32,000 nt of DNA from Candidatus Heimdallarchaeota archaeon (GCA_030149205.1 JASBSB010000006.1:540001-572000); one strand, 5' to 3'. Shown: positions 1 through 8,704, counted from the first letter of the stretch. Translations and numbers: made by a program. The notes: generated by a model not told the origin, from the letters alone.

Positions 1-1
1 G

Positions 2-649
2 GCTGGGTTAGAAATTGAGGTCACCCCACCAATTGTGCTTAAGTTTGAAATCCCAACAACTTCTGCGGAATTTATTGCTGCATTATGGGATTCTTTCTCT
101 GTCAAAGCAGGAAATTCAAATCAATGGAAAGACTCATCAAACGATGAGATACTCTATACAGACACTCACCAGAATCAGTTACTGTTGGGTACAACCTTTA
201 CAATCAATTCTGAAGCGATTTTAGGTATGGTACAGTCATTCAAACAATGTGTAAGGGCTTCTCCTATAACGAATGAGTATATAAAAAACTTAACTGTTCG
301 TATTGAAGAGCTAAACGATCAAAACCCCTTAAAAACATATGAAGAGGGGATGATATTGATGTTGGGAGTAGTGAGACAGGCATTAGAACAAACTCATGCC
401 AAGATTCATCTTCCTTATTATCATCTAACAATATCAGTCCCTGAGGATTATGTGGGTAACCTGATCCAAGAATTGCAAAAAAGGTCTGCACAGATTATTG
501 ACATTTCAGTTAAAGGAAAACTTCAAACTATTAGTTGTATAATGAAATTTGAGGAGGCATTAGATTCTGCTGATGCTTTCAGACATGCAACCGATGGAAA
601 CGCCTTTTGGAGCTTTAACAACATCGAGTTTCTTCCAGAATTCATATGA
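2..649 (+). CDS. Divergent elongation factor 2 (aEF-2)-like paralog, C-terminal domains IV-V; 5'-partial (frame is open to the window edge)
   Basis: The frame upstream of the called GTG (35) is open from base 2 and reads AGLEIEVTPPIVLKFE, matching the EF-2/EF-G domain III/IV junction (PxVxxxE). SPITNEYIKNLTVRI resembles aEF-2 GPLxxEPVRGVKV. LPYYHLTISVPEDYVGNLIQELQKRSAQI...ATDGNAFWS matches domain V with the archaeal EGRALWS-type ending. Confidence 0.8.
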   Translation, partial: AGLEIEVTPPIVLKFEIPTTSAEFIAALWDSFSVKAGNSNQWKDSSNDEILYTDTHQNQLLLGTTFTINSEAILGMVQSFKQCVRASPITNEYIKNLTVRIEELNDQNPLKTYEEGMILMLGVVRQALEQTHAKIHLPYYHLTISVPEDYVGNLIQELQKRSAQIIDISVKGKLQTISCIMKFEEALDSADAFRHATDGNAFWSFNNIEFLPEFI

Positions 650-658
650 GGTAATTGA

Positions 659-1591
659 ATGAATATTGTGAAATTAAACGAGCTATCCCGAAAATATAAC
701 ACTGATAAACATGTCGTCAAATCCATGTCTGAAGCGTTAGGTGTAGAAGAGACCGAAAACATTCTAAGGATGCAAAGTTATGAGATTAACAGGACAGCAA
801 GAGTGAATCTATTGAAAACTACTCGAGAGGAAGCATTAGACCAGTTAGCTGAAGAGGGAATTATAGGTCTTCCTCATAAAGATTTGGAAGAGGCCATAAC
901 AATCATAGAAAACAAGGAGAGCTTAGGTCATTCTATTTCATATCTTCAAGGATTAGTAACACCACAGGGCTTAGGTTCTATGTTAACTATACATTTACTT
1001 GATCCTAAACCAAATGAAATAATCTTTGACATGGCAGCTGCCCCAGGAGGAAAAACAACCTTCATAGCTGAAAGAATGAAAAACACAGGTCTCGTAATCG
1101 CAAATGATAGATCCTTTCCTAGGTTAAAAGCCCTAATTTCAAATTTAAATCGTCATGGAATCAAAAATACAATTGTCACAAATCAAGACGCGGTTGAAAG
1201 TTCCTACAAGAAAAAGTTCGACAGGGTGTTATTGGATGCTCCTTGTACTGGAGAAGGCTTAGTTGTTTCAAACCCAATGAGAAGAAAATCGAAAAAACCT
1301 GAAGACCCGTACATTCTACAAAGAGTTCAGCAACAATTGCTCAATGCGGCAATTAAAAGTCTGAAACCAGACGGGCAACTGGTCTATTCAACCTGCTCAT
1401 TAAATCAAATAGAAAATGAAGAGGTTTTGGAACCATACCTAAAAAAACTTGAGATAATTAATCTACGCAAGAGTATTAGACCTTATCCAATTGAATCAGA
1501 TGGGATAAAAGGGACAATTAGGCTCTTACCGAGTATTCATAGCTGTGATGGATTTTTCATTGCCTTATTGAAGAAATCTAAGAGATCTTAA
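659..1591 (+). CDS. RsmB/NOL1/NOP2-family RNA (cytosine-C5) methyltransferase
   Basis: SAM-binding DMAAAPGGKT, motif IV DRVLLDAPC and motif VI VYSTCSL with both catalytic cysteines, and a C-terminal CDGFFIA; starts 10 bp after the EF-2-like stop. Confidence 0.95.
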   Translation: MNIVKLNELSRKYNTDKHVVKSMSEALGVEETENILRMQSYEINRTARVNLLKTTREEALDQLAEEGIIGLPHKDLEEAITIIENKESLGHSISYLQGLVTPQGLGSMLTIHLLDPKPNEIIFDMAAAPGGKTTFIAERMKNTGLVIANDRSFPRLKALISNLNRHGIKNTIVTNQDAVESSYKKKFDRVLLDAPCTGEGLVVSNPMRRKSKKPEDPYILQRVQQQLLNAAIKSLKPDGQLVYSTCSLNQIENEEVLEPYLKKLEIINLRKSIRPYPIESDGIKGTIRLLPSIHSCDGFFIALLKKSKRS

Positions 1592-1645
1592 CTTTTTACC
1601 CATCGACAAAATAAGAGTTTATCAAATAATTAAATTAGTTAACCC

Positions 1646-1936
1646 ATGAATTCTCCTATATGTCAAACTTGTAATTCACCATTAGAAAAATTATTTTTGA
1701 AAGAAAATCCTTTGAAAAACTATGGCTACTGTACTAAGTGTAATGAGCCGAGTGAATATTCATCTTTTTACATGCGATTTGGATTTGAGGCAACACAAAA
1801 GCAAAATGGTAAAGATTCATTAAATTTAGACGGACATCAACTAATTTGGAAGGATATTGCAGGAGTGGAAAAATATTATTGTGCAACTTGTGATAGCGAA
1901 CTTTTACACAGTCATCATCATCATTACAACACTTAG
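1646..1936 (+). CDS. Small Cys/His-rich putative zinc-binding protein
   Basis: 96 aa with three CxxC pairs (CQTC, CTKC, CATC) and a C-terminal HSHHHH; its stop overlaps the convergent sufE stop by 4 bp. Confidence 0.6.
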   Translation: MNSPICQTCNSPLEKLFLKENPLKNYGYCTKCNEPSEYSSFYMRFGFEATQKQNGKDSLNLDGHQLIWKDIAGVEKYYCATCDSELLHSHHHHYNT

Positions 1937-2379
1937 TTCGATAGTATGCTCTTAGCCTGAGCCTTCATTAAAGCAATCATTGATGTTAAACCTGCACTTC
2001 GCCCCATCGAAAGCTCCTTTCCATAAAGATCAAAAACTATGTTCTCATCTACCCTTAATAATGATTCTAGGGGTTCACCAGTCAGAGTATCCTTTAAAAT
2101 GAACGCCATAGCTTTGGCAGATATCCCTTGTGGATTTTCAACAGCAAAATCTAGCAATGCTTTACCATTTTCATCACTTTGCACCCATACATAAGCTTGT
2201 GACTCACAGGCAGGAACCTTGTTTTGTTCCGGAAATGGTCTAGTTGCAACAGAGGGAGGTACCTCAGTAAAATCATCTGCAAGATATATCAACATCTGAT
2301 ACCTTTCACTTTTTTCTTTAATTTCAGCGAATTCATCTAACAAAGCTTGAAGTTTAATGGGAAGGTTAGTATATGTCAC
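1933..2379 (-). CDS. sufE: SufE-family sulfur acceptor protein
   Basis: ERYQMLIYLADDF, KVPACESQAYVW with the acceptor Cys, and the C-terminal LSMGRSAGL motif typical of SufE. Confidence 0.9.
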   Translation of the reverse strand: MTYTNLPIKLQALLDEFAEIKEKSERYQMLIYLADDFTEVPPSVATRPFPEQNKVPACESQAYVWVQSDENGKALLDFAVENPQGISAKAMAFILKDTLTGEPLESLLRVDENIVFDLYGKELSMGRSAGLTSMIALMKAQAKSILSN

Positions 2380-2466
2380 ATTTTAAATTGAATTCGGGGT
2401 TATATCAAAGTCACGTTAATGCTAATTATTGCTTTATAAGGTCTAAAATAATCCTAAGAATTTATT

Positions 2467-3339
2467 TTATTTTTCAATAGGAGCTCCAACCAAGTTCCCA
2501 TATTCTGTCCAAGAACCGTCATAATTTTTAACGTTCTCGAATCCTAACAGATATTTTAGGACAAACCAGGTGTGTGAGGAACGTTCTCCTATTCTACAAT
2601 AGGTGATGACTGGTTGCTTCTTCGAGAGATTATTCTCGTTCTCATAAATTTTTTTCAGATCCTTCAGGGGTTTAAAACTTCCATCCTCTTGTATACTGGA
2701 TGCCCAAGGAATTGAATGAGCTCCTGGGATGTGCCCTCCACGAAGTGCACCTTCATTTGGATATCCTGGAATATGTAACCTCTCACCTCTAAATTCTTCT
2801 GGACTTCGAACATCAACGAGTCCTATGTTTAGTTTGATTGCAGCCAGAACATCATCTCTGAAAACTCGAACAGTTTTGTCATTTCGAATTTTAGATTTGT
2901 AAATAGCCTTCGGTAGTTCTGGAATCTCTTTTACCAGTTTTCTGTTTTCTTTTTCCCATTTTATCCTACCACCATCCATTAGTTTAACTTTTTCATGGCC
3001 AAAGAGTTGAAATACCCACAACGCGTAGGCACTCCACCAATTATTCTTATCACCATAAAAAACAACCGTTGTATCTGTTGAAATACCTTTCTTCGAGCAA
3101 AGTTCTTCAAATTGCTTTTCATTGATATAATCTCTGGTTACAGGATCATTTAAGTCAGATGTCCAATCTATTTCAACCGCATTTGGAATATGCTTAGAAT
3201 GATACAAGAGTGGATCTTCATTGCTCTCAACTAATCTGTAATCTCCTTTTTGGTCAGCGAAATCTTTGATATGATCCTCTACCCATTGAGTGGTAACCAG
3301 AATTTCTGAATTGTTGTACTCTTTGAACTTTTCTTCCAT
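2467..3339 (-). CDS. sseA: Two-domain rhodanese / thiosulfate sulfurtransferase (SseA/CysA type)
   Basis: [28 protein letters not shown], active-site loop YCRIGERSS and YDGSWTEYG signature. The ATG at 3339 is preferred over the TTG at 3354. Confidence 0.93.
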   Translation of the reverse strand: MEEKFKEYNNSEILVTTQWVEDHIKDFADQKGDYRLVESNEDPLLYHSKHIPNAVEIDWTSDLNDPVTRDYINEKQFEELCSKKGISTDTTVVFYGDKNNWWSAYALWVFQLFGHEKVKLMDGGRIKWEKENRKLVKEIPELPKAIYKSKIRNDKTVRVFRDDVLAAIKLNIGLVDVRSPEEFRGERLHIPGYPNEGALRGGHIPGAHSIPWASSIQEDGSFKPLKDLKKIYENENNLSKKQPVITYCRIGERSSHTWFVLKYLLGFENVKNYDGSWTEYGNLVGAPIEK

Positions 3340-3482
3340 AACAAAACTATGCAAGTGAGATTAATAATCCATCGGATAATAAAAAATGACCAATAATACA
3401 ATCACATAAGGTTTTGATATAGGTGAGACAATATTCTAAAGGCCACCCAATAAAGAAATATATACAGTTTCCAATTTCAATT

Positions 3483-3962
3483 ATGACTCAAGATAATTCA
3501 TCTTTGACTTTGAGGTTCTTAGCAGAGCCTACAGATGTAAATTTTGGTGGTAAGGTTCATGGTGGTGCTGTAATGAAATGGATCGATCAAACAGGATATG
3601 CATGTGCGACAGCTTGGGCAGGAAAATACTGTGTGACAGTCTATGTTGGAGGAATTCAATTTATTAGACCAATTCACATTGGAGATATAGTTGAAGTGAA
3701 TGCAGATGTGATTTGCACTGGGAAAACAAGCATTCACATAAATATTGAGGTAAGAGCTTCTTCTACCTTGAAACCTGAATATAAATTAACGACTAAGTGT
3801 ACAATAGTTTTTGTGGCATTAGATCAAGATGGTAAACCTACAGATGTCCCTAAATGGATTCCTCAATCAGAGGAGCAAAAAAAGCTTGAAACTTATGCTC
3901 TTGAGTCAACTGAAAAAAGAAAGCAATTAGAAGAAGAATTAGATAAAATATTGGAAGAATAA
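3483..3962 (+). CDS. Acyl-CoA thioesterase (hotdog fold, YciA/BFIT_BACH type)
   Basis: PTDVNFGGKVHGGAVMKWID, FIRPIHIGD and FVALDQDGKP motifs. The ATG at 3483 is preferred over the GTG at 3423. Confidence 0.92.
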   Translation: MTQDNSSLTLRFLAEPTDVNFGGKVHGGAVMKWIDQTGYACATAWAGKYCVTVYVGGIQFIRPIHIGDIVEVNADVICTGKTSIHINIEVRASSTLKPEYKLTTKCTIVFVALDQDGKPTDVPKWIPQSEEQKKLETYALESTEKRKQLEEELDKILEE

Positions 3963-3999
3963 TTAGACACTCTGAGAAATTTAATGAAAAGAATAAAAT

Positions 4000-5085
4000 T
4001 TAAATTATTTTCTGTTTTTTGCCTAGATATGCGATTATAGGCAAGGCTATAATGATAATCATTCCCTCAAGAGGTACTGGACTATTTGAGGATGCCTTTG
4101 CAGACGTGGGTGTTCCGGTTGATAAGGTAAAATTGAAACTTTTGGAAATAATTACATTATTTGAAATGACATGCGTCCTAAAAATGTTAAAAAGGCCTGT
4201 AAGTTTTGTCTGCAATTGTGAAGAGACAGTGGTTACATTAGAGACAATTGTCGTTTGATTTGATACTGATTTAGACTCCAAAAGGTCTATTCCGTCCCTG
4301 TATAATTTAGCCAACAGTGTGGTCGAAGTATTGATATTGGAAAGAAAGGAGCCTAAATTCCCTGAAGGTATAATCTCAGTGAAGTTTTGGTTGATTGATT
4401 CAGCTAATGTTAAGGTGGATGCTGAAGCATCGGTACTTTTACCTGCATTGAATATATGGTCTCGCATCCCGTATAGGTAGCTTGCAAAGCCCCAGTTGTC
4501 CGAAAATGTGGTGACCTTAGAATCTTGATTGTAATCCACGGTTTTCCCAAGTACAAGGTTTACAAGTCCCTCTCCAAAAGAAGAACCTTCTGAAACAGAA
4601 TTAACACTTGATGGGATAGCTTTGACTAAATTCTGAGAATCAATCATAGCACCTACACCTAACCCTCTACCATCTGGAGGTGGAGGTTGCCCAAAAGTCC
4701 AATTACTGTACACATGTCTTACATGAACCAAGACTCCTGTTGGTATTACATGAGAAATTAAGGTGAAGTTGGTTGTGCCGTCATCTAAAATAACAGAGTA
4801 TCCGTTGAATGCAGTAAATAGGTTTTGGGTAAATGTTAGGTTAATGTTAGTTGACAATGTTTTTATTACGGATGGGGAGAAAACCAGTTTTACTTTAACG
4901 TTGTTGGGGAGAGAAGGAAAGTTTTCTAACTTAACTGACAACGTATTGGAAATTGCCCCCTCTGTGTTAAATGAAAGATTTACACTTCCAGATGAAATTG
5001 TAATTGTTTCAGCATTTCCAAATGAGGTGCTTACCAGTAAAACAAATACAATGACTCCAGAATATTGAAGAAATAATCGTTTCAT
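4000..5085 (-). CDS. Secreted/surface protein with signal peptide and C-terminal membrane anchor (CTERM-like); function unknown
   Basis: N-terminal basic plus hydrophobic signal (MKRLFLQYSGVIVFVLLVSTSFG), many N-x-S/T sequons, a Ser/Thr linker, then PVPLEGMIIIIALPIIAYLGKKQKII (motif, TM helix, basic tail). Confidence 0.75.
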   Translation of the reverse strand: MKRLFLQYSGVIVFVLLVSTSFGNAETITISSGSVNLSFNTEGAISNTLSVKLENFPSLPNNVKVKLVFSPSVIKTLSTNINLTFTQNLFTAFNGYSVILDDGTTNFTLISHVIPTGVLVHVRHVYSNWTFGQPPPPDGRGLGVGAMIDSQNLVKAIPSSVNSVSEGSSFGEGLVNLVLGKTVDYNQDSKVTTFSDNWGFASYLYGMRDHIFNAGKSTDASASTLTLAESINQNFTEIIPSGNLGSFLSNINTSTTLLAKLYRDGIDLLESKSVSNQTTIVSNVTTVSSQLQTKLTGLFNIFRTHVISNNVIISKSFNFTLSTGTPTSAKASSNSPVPLEGMIIIIALPIIAYLGKKQKII

Positions 5086-5145
5086 AATTTGTCATTTTGT
5101 CAAATATATTAATACTTATTTGTTCAAAATCCTTGTTCAGGAAAC

Positions 5146-6570
5146 TTATTTCACCCATTTTTGAAAGGTACCTTCAATATATGAATCCATTAGATCAAAG
5201 TCTTTGTCCTTAAAAAACCCTAACTCAAATTCATCAGCAAGGCTTTTTGAGATCTTCTCTAGTAATTTCTCTGATAAACCTCTTAATTGAGGATCATCAG
5301 CAGTTGCCCATAAGAATATATTGATGCTATAATGTTCATTGATTTCCTTCCGTGAAATTATAATTTTGTACTCTCCAGCCTCAAAACTTTCAAGAGGATT
5401 CATTGTAATCTCCTGAATCAAAGCTTGAATTCCAGAGAATGCCCCACCAGCTAACACACTATCTGTAACAACCTCTTCTGTGAATTTGTAGGTATGACTC
5501 GCCCCTCCATTAGAATTCATTATCATAAGATATACAGGTTTACCCCTCTTAAAGTAACGTGAGTAAACAATGAAGCCTACACCAGCAAAGATGATTAAGA
5601 GGAGAACACCGATGATCCAAATTAACAAAGAATTATCTGCAACAGAATTAACCTTTGCAAAATCTATATTGTTATTGTAATACAAGGACACACCCCCAGA
5701 CTCCTGTCCTACTAACAGGTCCATAAATCCATTCCCATCAATATCCAATATAAAAGGGGTAATATAGGCATTAGTAGAAAATTTAAGATTACGAAAAGGG
5801 CTCCCTTGGTTTTGAAAGGGTATCAGATCAAATTTGGGTGAAGAGCCAGACGTATCGGTGTTTTTTAAATAGGAAAGACCAGATGACCTACTCCCTACAA
5901 TTATATCAAAGGATTTACCAACAGGAACGATTGTTGGGGAGAGAAATGTGCCCATCGGAAATTTTAATGCGTTTATTTGAAGTTCCCAAGTAGGTAATAA
6001 TACAGTTCCTTTGTTAAGATACACTGCTAAGGTCCCATTTTCCGACCCTACGATAATATCCATTAAACCATCAGAATTGTAGTCAACCATTGCTGGTGCT
6101 GAGTGACCATCCACCTTGATGGTAGAAACCAATGAATCGTTTGATTCAAAATTCTTTGTCTTAGAGTTTTGTATCAACAGATGTAATGACCCATCAGCAA
6201 CTCCAACGATTAGGTCAGTCAACCCGTCACCGTTATAATCACCTATACTTGGACTTGATCGAGAAAACACCTGACTGAATAGACCAGATTCAGGTGGATT
6301 AAATTTAAGGTCTGTTTTATTAGTACCGACGTTGATTTGATGTATAATTGGACCAACATCATGTCCTAAAAATAGGTCTAAGTTTGTGTTAGTAGTGAAA
6401 GGAAACAACACAGGTTTTGAAAACCTAATGGAGGAACTCACACCTTCAAGATTCCCCTGAACCCAAGCAGAGTTAGTGGATTGACCTTGAACAAACACAG
6501 GTGTAAATAATATTAGGACTAATATAAACGAAAGTTTTCTTATTCTCAATAAGTGGACTTTCACACTCAC
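5146..6570 (-). CDS. Single-pass receptor-like protein: signal peptide, FG-GAP/VCBS beta-propeller repeats, TM helix, cytoplasmic longin-like domain
   Basis: Repeats with Ca-binding loops: GDYNGDGLTDLIVG, VDYNSDGLMDIIVG, LDIDGNGFMDLLVG. TM helix LLIWIIGVLLLIIFAGVGFIVY. The C-terminal ~130 aa show longin-type order (YLMIMNSNGG; DSVLAGGAFSGIQALIQEI; LESFEAGEYKIII; INIFLWA; two helices). Confidence 0.8.
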   Translation of the reverse strand: MSVKVHLLRIRKLSFILVLILFTPVFVQGQSTNSAWVQGNLEGVSSSIRFSKPVLFPFTTNTNLDLFLGHDVGPIIHQINVGTNKTDLKFNPPESGLFSQVFSRSSPSIGDYNGDGLTDLIVGVADGSLHLLIQNSKTKNFESNDSLVSTIKVDGHSAPAMVDYNSDGLMDIIVGSENGTLAVYLNKGTVLLPTWELQINALKFPMGTFLSPTIVPVGKSFDIIVGSRSSGLSYLKNTDTSGSSPKFDLIPFQNQGSPFRNLKFSTNAYITPFILDIDGNGFMDLLVGQESGGVSLYYNNNIDFAKVNSVADNSLLIWIIGVLLLIIFAGVGFIVYSRYFKRGKPVYLMIMNSNGGASHTYKFTEEVVTDSVLAGGAFSGIQALIQEITMNPLESFEAGEYKIIISRKEINEHYSINIFLWATADDPQLRGLSEKLLEKISKSLADEFELGFFKDKDFDLMDSYIEGTFQKWVK

Positions 6571-6692
6571 TTTATAACACTTTATTCAATTTAAATCTTG
6601 AATTGTAATCAGAAGGTTGAAATTTATTACAGCCACAGATTTAATGCGCCCTCTCTGGAGAATTTTTATATTAAAGATATTGTCTAAAAAAT

Positions 6693-7646
6693 ATGGATGT
6701 AATGAGTCAAGAATATACAACCTTCCTTGACTTAAATAAGAAAAGATTCTACAGGTCATATAATGAGTTTGCAAAAAGTCGAACTTTCAAAAAGGACTTT
6801 AGAACCTTTATTATGATATTACATAATTTTTTTGATGAACAAATCTCAAGAAATTCAAACAGGTTAAGAATGAAAGAACTAAGTAACTTAGACATGTTTT
6901 TCTGGTTTTTAGAGGATAGAATTCCCTCTGTGTTCCCAGCTAGGTTTGTGATTGAGAATAAATCAATAATTTTGAGATCAAATAGATTAACCAACCGATT
7001 ATACTTTGAGCCATTGCTTCTATTGATGGATAAATCTGTTCTAGAGAAAAGAGAGTTTGTAGAAACAATGCTGTTTCTAAATATTTGCTCAAGCCACACA
7101 ATTTTACTTTTGAGCGAGGATATTGATAAGATCAATCCGGAAAAATTCCAGAATTACATTTGCGCCACAGTATTCATTCTCCTAAGTCATCAATCAAAGT
7201 TCAAAATAAACATTCGACCTTATATCATAGAATCATACCTAAGTTTGATCGCACCATTATATACACCTCTAGTTGCTAACAAATCACAGATTAAAAGGGT
7301 AGAAACTGTTTTGAACGGGAACTGGACAATTTTTGAGCTGCTTCTTGCTGCTGTAAACTCAGATCGTTCTCTCATAAGCCTTGATCAGCTAATTGAGATT
7401 TTACTAACAATAGAGGAAAAACTGATTAAATCCTCTCAGTTCAACTCAATAAGGAAAAAAATTATTAAGCTTTTTCCAGAGATAGATTCAGGTGAGGTTA
7501 ATCCATTTGAAAATGAAGAGAAGGTTGAGTTCACCATTTCCGAGGGCACCCTACACCCATTGGTTAAACTCTTTTCAAAAAAGATTAAAAATAGATATTA
7601 TATTCCAAAACCATTGTGTCCATTTATAGGAATAGATTGTTATTAA
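6693..7646 (+). CDS. Hypothetical protein, possibly an inactivated tyrosine-recombinase-fold protein
   Basis: 317-aa ORF. Weak by-eye similarity to Xer/integrase segments: SRTFKKDFRTF, LSNLDMFFWFL...P, KREFVETMLFLNICSSHTILLLSEDID, FNSIRK. The ORF is confident; the fold assignment is tentative. Confidence 0.4.
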   Translation: MDVMSQEYTTFLDLNKKRFYRSYNEFAKSRTFKKDFRTFIMILHNFFDEQISRNSNRLRMKELSNLDMFFWFLEDRIPSVFPARFVIENKSIILRSNRLTNRLYFEPLLLLMDKSVLEKREFVETMLFLNICSSHTILLLSEDIDKINPEKFQNYICATVFILLSHQSKFKINIRPYIIESYLSLIAPLYTPLVANKSQIKRVETVLNGNWTIFELLLAAVNSDRSLISLDQLIEILLTIEEKLIKSSQFNSIRKKIIKLFPEIDSGEVNPFENEEKVEFTISEGTLHPLVKLFSKKIKNRYYIPKPLCPFIGIDCY

Positions 7647-8704
7647 AATTGACCAGAATTATATTGAAATGGTCTATGAAAAGTAACAAAACTATTCTCA
7701 GAAGCATGATTAATGGAGGATATACTAAACAACTGAATATCAGTTTCTTGTGAAGAAACAACCGGACAACCATAAAATTTTGAAATATATTTCATCCCCT
7801 GTCCATTCTTCATTCTACTTTCAACAAATTGTAGATGAGAGCTGAGTCTGTTCTCACAGACTAGTTTCGAATCTGAAATGAGATTTTCGAATCGAGACAA
7901 AATTGTTGCTTCAAATGACTTATCGACTTCATAACCAATTGAGTTCCTTCTTAGTAATGCTGCTGCAATACTGGTTGTTCCAGTTCCTAAGAAAGGATCT
8001 AGTATTATGTCATCCATAATTGAATACATATTTATCAGTCTTAGAGCTAACTCAAGTGGGTAAGCAGCAGATCTCTCACGGTTAGCCTTAAGTGTTAATG
8101 ATTGAGATGCTCCCTTTAAATCAAACCATATATCTGAAAACCATTCATTTCGCTCTTCCCAAAATATGGCTGACTGTCTTCTCATATGCTTTTCTTCTTC
8201 TGAAAAAAACCTTTTTGCACCTTTTCTGAAAATTAATACGTACTCATGCTCTAATGTTACATAGGCACCTGCAGGTAACATTCCCGACCCCATGAATTTC
8301 GTTGGTTTATTACTCTGTTTTCTCCAAATTATTGGTGGTAGAACATCAAAACCTAATTCTCGAAAACACTCAATTATTTTTGCATGATTGGAATAAAGTT
8401 TGAAGTTCTCATCTATCTTGCGAGTTGCATCTCCAACATTGATACAAACAAATCCACCAGGTTTTACTACTCGAGAGAGTTCAGACCAAACCTTATTTAA
8501 GAATTCATGCATAAGATTAAAGGCAGAAGTGTCATTTCTATCACGGAGGGCTTTCTCAATCCTTAGGTCTATCTTCGAAAATAGCTCATCCCACATCTCA
8601 ATCATGGGATATGGAGGAGACGTTACAACCAAATCCACATGATCAGCCCGAATTTCCCTTAAATTCGATGAATCAGTTAAATAAACCTGATGTCTGGTCT
8701 CCAT
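7643..8704 (-). CDS. Beta-class N4-cytosine/N6-adenine DNA methyltransferase, resembling M.MthZI (CTAG, m4C); apparently orphan
   Basis: Motif IV DLVVTSPPY precedes motif I ILDPFLGTGTT (beta order). The block WRKQSNKPTKFMGSGMLPAGAYVTLEHEY and FWEERNEWFSDIW matches my recollection of the archaeal M.MthZI/Zim family. The specificity is inferred. Confidence 0.88.
   Translation of the reverse strand: METRHQVYLTDSSNLREIRADHVDLVVTSPPYPMIEMWDELFSKIDLRIEKALRDRNDTSAFNLMHEFLNKVWSELSRVVKPGGFVCINVGDATRKIDENFKLYSNHAKIIECFRELGFDVLPPIIWRKQSNKPTKFMGSGMLPAGAYVTLEHEYVLIFRKGAKRFFSEEEKHMRRQSAIFWEERNEWFSDIWFDLKGASQSLTLKANRERSAAYPLELALRLINMYSIMDDIILDPFLGTGTTSIAAALLRRNSIGYEVDKSFEATILSRFENLISDSKLVCENRLSSHLQFVESRMKNGQGMKYISKFYGCPVVSSQETDIQLFSISSINHASENSFVTFHRPFQYNSGQF

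Noticed and set aside
6693-8704. Type II restriction-modification pair (317-aa ORF as the endonuclease)
   Set aside because: No PD-(D/E)xK, HNH, GIY-YIG or PLD motif could be recognised in the 317-aa ORF; not excluded without a profile search.
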